Positions 39,333-46,959 of a DNA stretch of 64,000 nt are shown piece by piece. Position numbers and translations under genes: made by a program. The notes under the pieces are model-generated. The model was not told the DNA's origin. It saw nothing but the letters and a program-made list of their open reading frames with translations, and searched no databases. The DNA comes from Candidatus Nanopelagicaceae bacterium (lineage in GTDB: Bacteria > Actinomycetota > Actinomycetes > Nanopelagicales > Nanopelagicaceae): the NCBI GenBank assembly GCA_049287065.1, contig JBAQFB010000008.1, positions 118,071 to 182,070 on the forward strand, written 5' to 3'. The stretch's first letter is position 1. Every line of letters begins with the position of its first letter.

Positions 39333-40124
39333 ATGAAAACGAAGAAGCTCATAACAGCCACACTATTAAGTGCTGGTCTGATCATGGGGTCCACCAGCGC
39401 AGCCTTTGCGACGGATCCGACCCCTACCACTACCACAACGGTCACATTGGCAACATACAATGCTCAGTTGGTGGCCTATAAGAGCGCACTCGTTGCCTAT
39501 GACACTGCGACGGTCACATTTAAGGCTCAAGCAATCGTATTTCAGAGTGCGCAGCAGGCATATAAGAATGCATATGAAATTGCCATTGCGAACTACAAGG
39601 CAGTTCTCAAGGTGCATTCACCCGCTACCACTCCAGCTGAATACGCAATTCTGTTAGCCGCCTATAACACCGCAAACGCTGCATATAACGCTGCCACAGT
39701 CACATTTAAGCTTCAAGTGAGCGTATATGAGACTGCGATGCACACTTATATGGTGGCGTATGAGAACGCGGTACGAAGTTATAAGACAACTGTCAACATG
39801 CGTGAAGATTTACGAAAAGCGATTAACATCGCTTTTGGGAGTGCGGTTCGCAGCGCCAACACCGCTTTTGCCACCGCTAGTGCAATTGCAACGACATCTG
39901 ATCAGAAACTTGCTGCTACGACCGCACATCAAAATGCGATCGCCACAGCAAACACGGTCCGAAAGACTGCTCTTGACGCAGTAGGCGCCAAGCCAGTCAA
40001 ACCTATGAAGCAAATGAAACAACACGATCACGACGAGGACGTCAAGACTGATAGGCCAGCTAAGCCAGCTAAGCCATTCAAGTCGAATAAGTCAGAAAAG
40101 TCAGAGAAATCAAAGAAGCACTAA
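39333..40124 (+). CDS. secreted Ala/Thr/Tyr-rich repeat protein with a Lys-rich C-terminal tail (no recognised family)
   Basis: The ATG at 39333 lies 6 nt after AAGGAG. Sec signal peptide MKTKKLITATLLSAGLIMGSTSAAFA|TD. Thr-rich linker, two ~55-aa repeats, and a basic tail PAKPAKPFKSNKSEKSEKSKKH. The ORF-track start at 39219 would bury the signal peptide. Confidence 0.72.
   Translation: MKTKKLITATLLSAGLIMGSTSAAFATDPTPTTTTTVTLATYNAQLVAYKSALVAYDTATVTFKAQAIVFQSAQQAYKNAYEIAIANYKAVLKVHSPATTPAEYAILLAAYNTANAAYNAATVTFKLQVSVYETAMHTYMVAYENAVRSYKTTVNMREDLRKAINIAFGSAVRSANTAFATASAIATTSDQKLAATTAHQNAIATANTVRKTALDAVGAKPVKPMKQMKQHDHDEDVKTDRPAKPAKPFKSNKSEKSEKSKKH
39447..39800 (+). repeat. two tandem degenerate ~55-codon repeats inside the secreted-protein gene
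   Basis: aa 39-94 (LATYNAQLVAYKSALVAYDTATVTFKAQAIVFQSAQQAYKNAYEIAIANYKAVLKV) versus aa 102-156 (AEYAILLAAYNTANAAYNAATVTFKLQVSVYETAMHTYMVAYENAVRSYKTTVNM). About 24 of 55 positions are identical by hand alignment, including a shared ATVTFK core that is also visible at nucleotide level (GTCACATTTAAG twice). Confidence 0.8.
40056..40115 (+). repeat. 9-nt periodic microrepeats at the 3' end of the secreted-protein gene
   Basis: CCAGCTAAG occurs twice (40056-40073, encoding PAKPAK), followed by four AAR-TCN-NNN units (KSN KSE KSE KSK). Confidence 0.85.
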
Positions 40125-40148
40125 CCTGCTGATTACTTAAATGGAGAA

Positions 40149-40178
40149 CCTCTGGTGCCTAGCGCGCCGGAGGTTTTC
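40149..40178 (+). terminator. candidate rho-independent terminator after the secreted-protein gene
   Basis: CCUCUGG (40149-40155) pairs with CCGGAGG (40167-40173): 7 bp including one G-U, with an 11-nt loop, followed by UUUUCUAU. Confidence 0.55.
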
Positions 40179-40327
40179 TATACGGTTCGTGCCAAACAAT
40201 TGGAGGTTCGCTTCCAACAATTGAGCGCAGGCTTGGGGAAGTCTTGGTCCGTGGCTTTCAAAGCCTGCAAACCGACCTAGTCAACGCCATGGCACGTTTG
40301 CATGCTCGACCATCTCATTAATACGCG

Positions 40328-40411
40328 TGTCCGAACGGGGAGTTGAACCCCGAAGCCCTTTCGGGCACTAGCACCTCAAGCTAGCGCGTCTGCCAATTCC
40401 GCCACCCGGAC
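40328..40411 (-). tRNA. tRNA-Leu (anticodon GAG)
   Basis: The reverse complement folds by hand as a type II tRNA. Acceptor GTCCGGG/TTCGGAC, anticodon stem CTAGC/GCTAG with loop TTGAGGT, long variable arm GCCC-GAAA-GGGC, T-arm CGGGG-TTCAACT-CCCCG, and discriminator A. CCA is not encoded. Confidence 0.93.
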
Positions 40412-40484
40412 GAGTGAGACGCAACGATATCAATGTGGACGACAGGACACAAAATATGCCTCGTTTATAGGGAAGAATGCGGGT

Positions 40485-41822
40485 ATGACATCTGAGAGCA
40501 GCCAAGATCCATCGAATTCCCAGCGTTCTGAGCTTGAACAAGACGCAGTCACTTTATGCCAAGAAATGATCCGTATTCCCAGCGTCAATTACGGTGACGG
40601 CAAAGGTGACGAGAAAGCGATCGCTGATTATGTCGTTGCTAAATTGCTCGAAGTGGGAATCCAATCCACAATTTACGAGTCGGCGCCGGGGCGTTGCAAT
40701 GTCGTTGCGACTATTCCTGGAGTAAACACGCAACGACCTGGACTGGTTGTTCATGGACATATCGACGTCGTTCCTGCCAATGCCGAGGATTGGTCTGTTG
40801 ATCCTTTTGCCGGTGAAATTCGTGATGGCATGATCTGGGGTCGTGGCGCTCTGGATATGAAAAATATGGATGCGATGATGCTGGCAATCGTTCGTAAATG
40901 GGCGCGATCTGGCTATAAACCTCCCAGAAATATTCTGCTGGTCTTTTTTGCCGATGAGGAGGCAGGAAGTATTTACGGTTCGCGCTGGATGGTAAAAGAA
41001 CATCCCGAACTCTTTAAGGGGTATAGCGAAGCAATTTCAGAAGTAGGTGGTTTCTCCGTAACTGTTGGAGATGGAAAGAGACTTTACCTAGTGGAGGCGG
41101 CGCAAAAGGGAATCTACTGGATGAAGGTCACCGCGGAAGGTCGTGCAGGGCACGGCTCAATGATGAATGACGATAATGCAATTACCGCTCTGGCGCGGGC
41201 AGTGGAGAAGATCGGCAATTACAATTGGCCGCAGCGATATACGAAGACTGTGAAGGTCTTCTTTGAACAATTGGCAATCGCGACAAAGAAACCTTACGAC
41301 GAAAAAGATCTTCGCCCACTTCTTAAAGAACTTGGTTCAACCGCTCGCATGATTGGAGCGACACTTCAAAACACCGCAAATCCCACAATGCTAGAGGCGG
41401 GGTACAAGGCAAATGTCATCCCGCAGAGTGCATCCGCAGTTGTTGATGGGCGTTTCCTACCTGGCTACGAAGAAGAACTGAAGGCCACCATTCGAGAGAT
41501 CGTTGGTCCTGACATCAAGGTGGAAGAACTCACTCGTGACATTGCACTGGAAGTAGATTTTGAAGGCGACCTTGTAGAAGCAATGCGAAATGCAATTCTT
41601 TCGCAAGATCCCGATGGTATCCCTGTTCCGTACACGATGAGCGGAGGAACCGACAATAAAGCACTCTCAGAAATCGGAATTATTGGCTATGGGTTTTCGC
41701 CGTTAAAACTTCCGGCAGACCTCGATTTTATGTCACTCTTCCACGGCGTAGATGAGCGTGTGCCGATTGATGGCATTATTTTTGGAGTCCGTGTTCTGGA
41801 AAATTTCCTAGAAAACTGTTAG
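40485..41822 (+). CDS. M20/M25/M40-family metallopeptidase (dipeptidase-like)
   Basis: 445 aa. Has HGHIDVVPA, WGRGALDMK, ADEEAGS and GGTDNK motifs. Confidence 0.87.
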   Translation: MTSESSQDPSNSQRSELEQDAVTLCQEMIRIPSVNYGDGKGDEKAIADYVVAKLLEVGIQSTIYESAPGRCNVVATIPGVNTQRPGLVVHGHIDVVPANAEDWSVDPFAGEIRDGMIWGRGALDMKNMDAMMLAIVRKWARSGYKPPRNILLVFFADEEAGSIYGSRWMVKEHPELFKGYSEAISEVGGFSVTVGDGKRLYLVEAAQKGIYWMKVTAEGRAGHGSMMNDDNAITALARAVEKIGNYNWPQRYTKTVKVFFEQLAIATKKPYDEKDLRPLLKELGSTARMIGATLQNTANPTMLEAGYKANVIPQSASAVVDGRFLPGYEEELKATIREIVGPDIKVEELTRDIALEVDFEGDLVEAMRNAILSQDPDGIPVPYTMSGGTDNKALSEIGIIGYGFSPLKLPADLDFMSLFHGVDERVPIDGIIFGVRVLENFLENC

Positions 41823-41840
41823 TAGGAATACCGACTAGGG

Positions 41841-42788
41841 CTAAGCGGCAGAAGCGTCATCTAGTGCGCTGCGCACAATATGCGGTAGAAAAATTTCCTC
41901 TGAGGTAAGAATCCCGCGCAGTTGCGCACCGGTACGGGCGCCGACGATCGCGCTGGTCACACCGGGGCGATCTCGCACCCAGGCAAGTGCTACTTCCAAA
42001 GGTGAGTAGCCCAAGCCCTCTGCCGCGACGTTCACTGCTTCGACAATTCGAATTCCGCGTTCGTCCAAGTACGGCTCCACAAAGCCAGCAAAATGCGGAC
42101 TAGCGCCACGCGAGTCACTGGGTATCCCAAGCCGGTATTTTCCGGTTAAAACTCCGCGGCCGAGCGGAGACCATGCCAATATCCCAACATCGAGATCGAT
42201 TGCGCACGGCAATACTTCCTGTTCGATCCCGCGGCTGAGCAAGGAGTACTCACTCTGAAGAGTTGCGATGGGCGCTTTCGTCGGAAAAGCCTCTTGAAGT
42301 GAAATGGCGCGAGCACTTTGCCATCCAGAGAAATTTGAAAGACCAACATAACGCGCACGTCCACTGGAGTAGGCGTAGTCCAATGCGGAGAGCGTATCCT
42401 CTAGTGGAGTCATCGGATCCCATACATGTACCTGCCAGAGATCTACAAAATCCGTGTTGAGGCGATTGAGTGAGCGATCTAGATCGGCAATGAGCGAGCG
42501 TCGTGATGTGTTAACGACTCGTTCGCCGGATTCGAAGGAAATTCCCGCTTTGGTCCCAATATGAACTTCATCGCGCTTGAACAATGTTCCAATGAAACCA
42601 CCAATAAGTCTTTCGCTATCACCGTCCCCATATAGCGCCGCCGTATCAAGAAAATTGCCCCCCGCGTCAAGATATGCACGGCATTGGTCGGCGGCCTCAT
42701 GCTCGTCCGTATCCCGTCCCCATGTCATAGTGCCCAATCCAAGGCGGGAAAGAAGTAAGCCGCTCCGCCCGGCTCTACGCATTTCCAT
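41841..42788 (-). CDS. aldo/keto reductase
   Basis: 315 aa. Has LGLGTMTWG, FLDTAALYG, KAG.. and GLSNFSGWQ (the AKR catalytic tetrad context). Confidence 0.9.
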   Translation of the reverse strand: MEMRRAGRSGLLLSRLGLGTMTWGRDTDEHEAADQCRAYLDAGGNFLDTAALYGDGDSERLIGGFIGTLFKRDEVHIGTKAGISFESGERVVNTSRRSLIADLDRSLNRLNTDFVDLWQVHVWDPMTPLEDTLSALDYAYSSGRARYVGLSNFSGWQSARAISLQEAFPTKAPIATLQSEYSLLSRGIEQEVLPCAIDLDVGILAWSPLGRGVLTGKYRLGIPSDSRGASPHFAGFVEPYLDERGIRIVEAVNVAAEGLGYSPLEVALAWVRDRPGVTSAIVGARTGAQLRGILTSEEIFLPHIVRSALDDASAA

Positions 42789-42873
42789 GACGCGACCTTA
42801 GCAAGGCAATGAGCAGAAATCCCCGATAACCTTGCGCTGAGATTAGAAATTTGGTGAGCGAAAGGAGATTGAG

Positions 42874-43572
42874 ATGACACTGGTCATTCTTCTTCGACAT
42901 GCCCACTCCACGGCGAATGGCTCTGGAATATTGGCCGGTAGAACCGAAGGCGTCCATCTTTCGCCACTCGGGAGAGCGCAAGCCAAGAAACTTTCTTCTC
43001 GATTGGGAGAGGTGCACCTTAAATCCATGCGCTCGAGTCCACTGGAGCGATGCTTTGAAACCATTAATCCATGGCTTAAGAAACGTGAGGCGCTGGATTC
43101 CCACTCAATGCCGCCACTCACGATTGATCGCGATCTAATAGAACTCGATTATGGCTTGTGGAGCGGAATGAAACTCCGGACACTATCGCGCGATCCACTC
43201 TGGAAAGCGGTTCAGGACCGTCCCTCGACAATAACTTTTCCGGGAGGCGAGAGTCTGCGCGCCATGCAAAGACGGGCAATGAAATCGGTTGAGGCGGGAT
43301 TATCTCAGCGCGGCAAAGGTCACGTTCTTCTTATTTCCCACGGGGATGTTGTGAAATCGATAATTGCCTCGGCATTGGGCATGCACTTGGACGAATTCCA
43401 ACGCATCGTTATAGACCCAGCGTCGGTATCGATTTTGGATTATTCCGGAAGTAAACCGAGAATTCTCCTACTTAATGATTCACGCTCCAAACTTGACTCG
43501 AGCATTTTCGCGCAACGCGGAAGAAAGTCTCTGATTGGCGGAGGAGCGGGAACAACAGGGAGGGGCTCCTAA
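42874..43572 (+). CDS. histidine-phosphatase-superfamily protein (MSMEG_4193-type putative phosphomutase)
   Basis: 232 aa. LLRHAHSTAN (RHG-type motif) and the second catalytic His in LISHGDVVKS. AAAGGAG SD upstream. Confidence 0.85.
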   Translation: MTLVILLRHAHSTANGSGILAGRTEGVHLSPLGRAQAKKLSSRLGEVHLKSMRSSPLERCFETINPWLKKREALDSHSMPPLTIDRDLIELDYGLWSGMKLRTLSRDPLWKAVQDRPSTITFPGGESLRAMQRRAMKSVEAGLSQRGKGHVLLISHGDVVKSIIASALGMHLDEFQRIVIDPASVSILDYSGSKPRILLLNDSRSKLDSSIFAQRGRKSLIGGGAGTTGRGS

Positions 43573-44115
43573 TTGGCAAGATTAGTGATCACTTACGATC
43601 CAGTTGAGAGATTCGTAGTGGGGACTGTGGGAGAACCGGGGGAGAGAAGCTTCTTCCTGCAGGCACGAGATGGAAAACGCCTCACGTCAGTGCTGCTTGA
43701 AAAATCACAAGTGGTAGCGATCGTTGAACGACTCGATCTACTGCTGCGCGAGTTAAAGCGGGTCGAACCCAATCTTGTCATCGCCAAACTACTGCGCGAT
43801 GATGAGCCGCTGGAGCAACCAATCGTGGAAGAGTTTCGGGTCGGACTGATCTCTCTGGCTTGGCTCAGCGATCGCGAAATGGTTTCCATTGACTTGCAAG
43901 CAGCCTCTGAGGGAGAAGAGAACGCCGACATCATCGAGGACCTTGCGGATGCGCCGGATTTATTGCAAGTGATTCTCACACCTTCCCAGACCGAGGGCTT
44001 TGTGAAGAGAGCCGCAAGTGTTATTAATGCGGGACGCCCACCATGTCCATTCTGCGGGCTGCCTCTAGACCCGCGTGGTCATCTCTGTCCGAGGGCAAAT
44101 GGGTACCGTCGCTAA
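43573..44115 (+). CDS. DUF3090-family protein
   Basis: 180 aa. FVVGTVGEPGERSFFLQA N-terminus, an acidic central stretch, and the C-terminal CPFCGLPLDPRGHLCPR Cys/His cluster. TTG start on the base after the phosphatase stop. Confidence 0.78.
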   Translation: MARLVITYDPVERFVVGTVGEPGERSFFLQARDGKRLTSVLLEKSQVVAIVERLDLLLRELKRVEPNLVIAKLLRDDEPLEQPIVEEFRVGLISLAWLSDREMVSIDLQAASEGEENADIIEDLADAPDLLQVILTPSQTEGFVKRAASVINAGRPPCPFCGLPLDPRGHLCPRANGYRR

Positions 44116-44827
44116 ATCCGAACTCACCCCATTTGAGATTGTCCTCTCGACGGGCGAACTGACTATTACCGGGCGGCTGGTCGATGCTACCAATGCGACT
44201 TTGCTGGCAAAAGTAAGTGATAGGGAAAATGAGATTGTATGCATATACAAACCCATCGCTGGGGAGAGACCTCTGTGGGATTTTTCGGCGGGGACATTGG
44301 CCCATCGGGAATATGCAGCCTACCTGGTAAGCAAATTAGGCAATTTTGAGGTGGTGCCGTTGACGGTACTACGTGATGGTCCTTATGGAAAAGGAATGGT
44401 CCAACAATGGATCAATATTGATAAAAGTTTGGATTTGCTGGAATTCTTCCGAAGAGACGAACCGACTCTGCGAAACATCGCTCTATTTGATGCGGTGATC
44501 AATAACACGGATAGAAAAATCGGACATCTCCTCCCAGACCCCCACGGGAAGGTCTATGGATGCGACCATGGCGTCACTTTTCACTCACAAGACAAACTGC
44601 GAACGGTCCTGTGGCAATGGGCAGGTCAATCCCTCTCAGAATTGGAAATATCGCAACTTCGCGATTTGAAGAGTTTGCTGGCGCTTTCTTTCCGTGAAAT
44701 GCTTCTGCCTTTCTTATCAACGGACGAATTGGCCTCCTTGGAGATGAGACTGGAGCGGCTCATTGCTACACAAACTTTCCCGGTACCTTCCGACGAATGG
44801 CCCGCGGTGCCATGGCCACCCTTCTAA
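44099..44827 (+). CDS. SCO1664-family protein (PI3/PI4-kinase-like / HipA-like catalytic motifs)
   Basis: GRLVDATNATLLAKV, INNTDRKIGHLL and GCDHGVTF match my memory of the SCO1664 family. The start is ambiguous (ATG at 44099 or GTG at 44075). Either one overlaps the DUF3090 3' end. Confidence 0.78.
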   Translation: MGTVAKSELTPFEIVLSTGELTITGRLVDATNATLLAKVSDRENEIVCIYKPIAGERPLWDFSAGTLAHREYAAYLVSKLGNFEVVPLTVLRDGPYGKGMVQQWINIDKSLDLLEFFRRDEPTLRNIALFDAVINNTDRKIGHLLPDPHGKVYGCDHGVTFHSQDKLRTVLWQWAGQSLSELEISQLRDLKSLLALSFREMLLPFLSTDELASLEMRLERLIATQTFPVPSDEWPAVPWPPF

Positions 44828-44846
44828 ACTCCTTTAGGATGATTCC

Positions 44847-46088
44847 GTGAAGTCTTGGGCAAGCCTGTACCTACCTCCAATATCTGAAAGATTTGTTTTC
44901 GGACCACTTTCGCTTCACAATTCCGCCTCGGGCGTATCTGAAGAATTGCCTATTAAAGATGAATACTCCATGTATGTTTGCGGCATCACGCCCTATGACG
45001 CAACCCACCTAGGACACGCTGCGACGTACATCACCTTTGATTTGATTAACCGTTACCTCAGAGCAATGGGCAAGCAGGTCCACTTCGTTCAAAATGTTAC
45101 GGATGTAGATGACCCATTGCTCGAAAGGGCTGCGCGGGACAAGGTCGACTGGTCCACGTTGGCACTCTCGCAGATCGATCTCTTTCGTGGTGACATGACT
45201 GATCTTCATATCATCCCCCCGGAACATTACGTTGGCGTTGTTGAATCCATCCCGCTAGTAGTGAACGCAATCGAAGGATTGGATGCCAAGGGCGCCGTCT
45301 ACTCCGTCGATGAAGATTTATATTTCTCTGTCCATGAGGATTCAAATTTTGGCTCGAGATCTCACCTATCCCAAGACGAAATGTTGGAAGTATTTGCCCA
45401 ACGTGGTGGCGATCCCGATCGCGTTGGTAAGCGCAACCGACTTGACTCACTTCTGTGGTTGCATCAGCGCCCTGACGAACCCGGTTGGCCCTCATCGTTC
45501 GGAATGGGTCGTCCAGGTTGGAATATAGAATGTTGCGCGATCGCACTTAACTATTTGCCTCGAGATCCGAATAGTAATTATTTGATTGACATACAAGGCG
45601 GAGGATCCGATCTCCTTTTCCCGCACCACGAGATGGGCGCGTCGGAAGCGGCGGTGCTTATGGGACGGGACTTCGCGCGCATGTACTTGCACACAGGAAT
45701 GATCGGACTTGATGGCGAGAAGATGAGCAAGAGTTTAGGGAATTTGGTTTTCCTCTCTGATCTTGTTAGAGCTGGGGAAGATCCGATGGCTATCCGACTT
45801 GCCCTCATGAGTCAGCATTACTGGATGGATCGCATGTGGAGTCTTGAAGATTTTTCTGCCGCCTCCCTACTCTTAGAGCGGCTTCGCGTGGTCCTCTCTC
45901 ATCCGGAAGTTGCGCCCACCGATGCCACGATAAACGAGATTATCATGGCGCTTTCCCATAACTTGGATACGCCAGCCGTTTGCGCCGCACTTCGCAGATG
46001 GTGTGATGAGACTGAGTCAGGCGCCGTAGGCGGGTCTGCTGGCGAGCTTTCGCGCGCGATCGATTCGCTGCTCGGAATTGCAATCTAG
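44847..46088 (+). CDS. mshC: L-cysteine:1D-myo-inositol 2-amino-2-deoxy-alpha-D-glucopyranoside ligase (mycothiol biosynthesis)
   Basis: 413 aa. MYVCGITPYDATHLGHAATY (HIGH-type) and KMSKSLGN (KMSKS) class-I synthetase motifs. The short MshC-type architecture lacks a tRNA anticodon domain. Confidence 0.92.
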   Translation: MKSWASLYLPPISERFVFGPLSLHNSASGVSEELPIKDEYSMYVCGITPYDATHLGHAATYITFDLINRYLRAMGKQVHFVQNVTDVDDPLLERAARDKVDWSTLALSQIDLFRGDMTDLHIIPPEHYVGVVESIPLVVNAIEGLDAKGAVYSVDEDLYFSVHEDSNFGSRSHLSQDEMLEVFAQRGGDPDRVGKRNRLDSLLWLHQRPDEPGWPSSFGMGRPGWNIECCAIALNYLPRDPNSNYLIDIQGGGSDLLFPHHEMGASEAAVLMGRDFARMYLHTGMIGLDGEKMSKSLGNLVFLSDLVRAGEDPMAIRLALMSQHYWMDRMWSLEDFSAASLLLERLRVVLSHPEVAPTDATINEIIMALSHNLDTPAVCAALRRWCDETESGAVGGSAGELSRAIDSLLGIAI

Positions 46089-46931
46089 CTAGTCTTTATT
46101 TCGGCGCCTTAAATATCGTTCAAATTCGCGAGCAATGGAATCTCCGGTTGTTTCCGGGAGTTCCGATTCATCTCGCGCGGTTTCCAATTGACGGACATAT
46201 TCCGAGATTTCGCTATCTTCTGCGGCCATCTCGTCCACGCTCTTCTCCCATGCTTGAGATTGTTCGGGTAGATCACCGGGAGGCAAGGAGATGCTGAGAA
46301 AATCCTCAAGTGCATTAATTAGAGCAAGAGTGGCCTTGGGAGATGGTGAAGCCGCCGCGTAGTGGGGTATAGCCGCCCAAAGCGAAACCGCATCTATTCC
46401 GCGTCGCTGGGCAGCTTCTTGAATTACACCGAGAATTCCGGTTGGACCTTCGTATCTACTTACTTCTACACCCAATCTCTCGGCGATGTCAGGGTGGGTG
46501 CCACTGCCGTTTACCGAAATAGGTCGAGTGTGCGGAGTATCCGCGAGTAAAGAGCCGAGCGTCAAAATCATCGTCACATCCAAATCGTCCGCTAAATCAA
46601 GGATATTCGCTGCGAACGTCTTCCATTTCATCGATGGTTCGATGCCCTTGACTACTACAAGATCAAAGTCGTATTGAGGTGTCGCAATTCCGAAGGTTTC
46701 AGTGGTGGGCCATGTCAATTTTCTAAATTTTGAATCATCGATCGAAACCATGGGACGATTCACCTGAAAATCATAAAAATCTTCGGGATCGACCTGCGCG
46801 ATGAGAGAAGCGGCCCAGGTGCCCAGTAAGTGAGACGCCGCGCCAGTAGCTGCTTCTCCTGCATCGTTCCAGCCCCCAAAAGCAATGATCATGACAGGTG
46901 CTCTCAGCGCAGGGATGTGGAGAATTTCCAT
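46089..46931 (-). CDS. PAC2-family (proteasome-assembly-chaperone-like) protein
   Basis: 280 aa. VMIIAFGGWNDAGEAATGA, EGPTGILGV and an acidic C-terminal tail are as in actinobacterial PAC2-family proteins. Its position between mshC and metH is as in mycobacteria. Confidence 0.83.
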   Translation of the reverse strand: MEILHIPALRAPVMIIAFGGWNDAGEAATGAASHLLGTWAASLIAQVDPEDFYDFQVNRPMVSIDDSKFRKLTWPTTETFGIATPQYDFDLVVVKGIEPSMKWKTFAANILDLADDLDVTMILTLGSLLADTPHTRPISVNGSGTHPDIAERLGVEVSRYEGPTGILGVIQEAAQRRGIDAVSLWAAIPHYAAASPSPKATLALINALEDFLSISLPPGDLPEQSQAWEKSVDEMAAEDSEISEYVRQLETARDESELPETTGDSIAREFERYLRRRNKD

Positions 46932-46959
46932 AACTCCACCTTACGGTAACCTTCGACAA

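Noticed and set aside
39078-40411. A possible small genomic island inserted at tRNA-Leu(GAG) carrying the secreted-protein gene.
   Set aside because: There is no integrase, recombinase or mobility gene. I could not find a direct repeat of the tRNA 3' end (only a chance 10-nt match, CGGGGAGTTG, inside pyrK at ~10400). I saw no obvious compositional break by eye.
46932-46959. A cobalamin or SAM riboswitch ahead of metH, and likewise ahead of metK at 15273.
   Set aside because: There is no space: 28 nt before metH, and metK overlaps coaBC. B12-dependent metH is not normally riboswitch-controlled.
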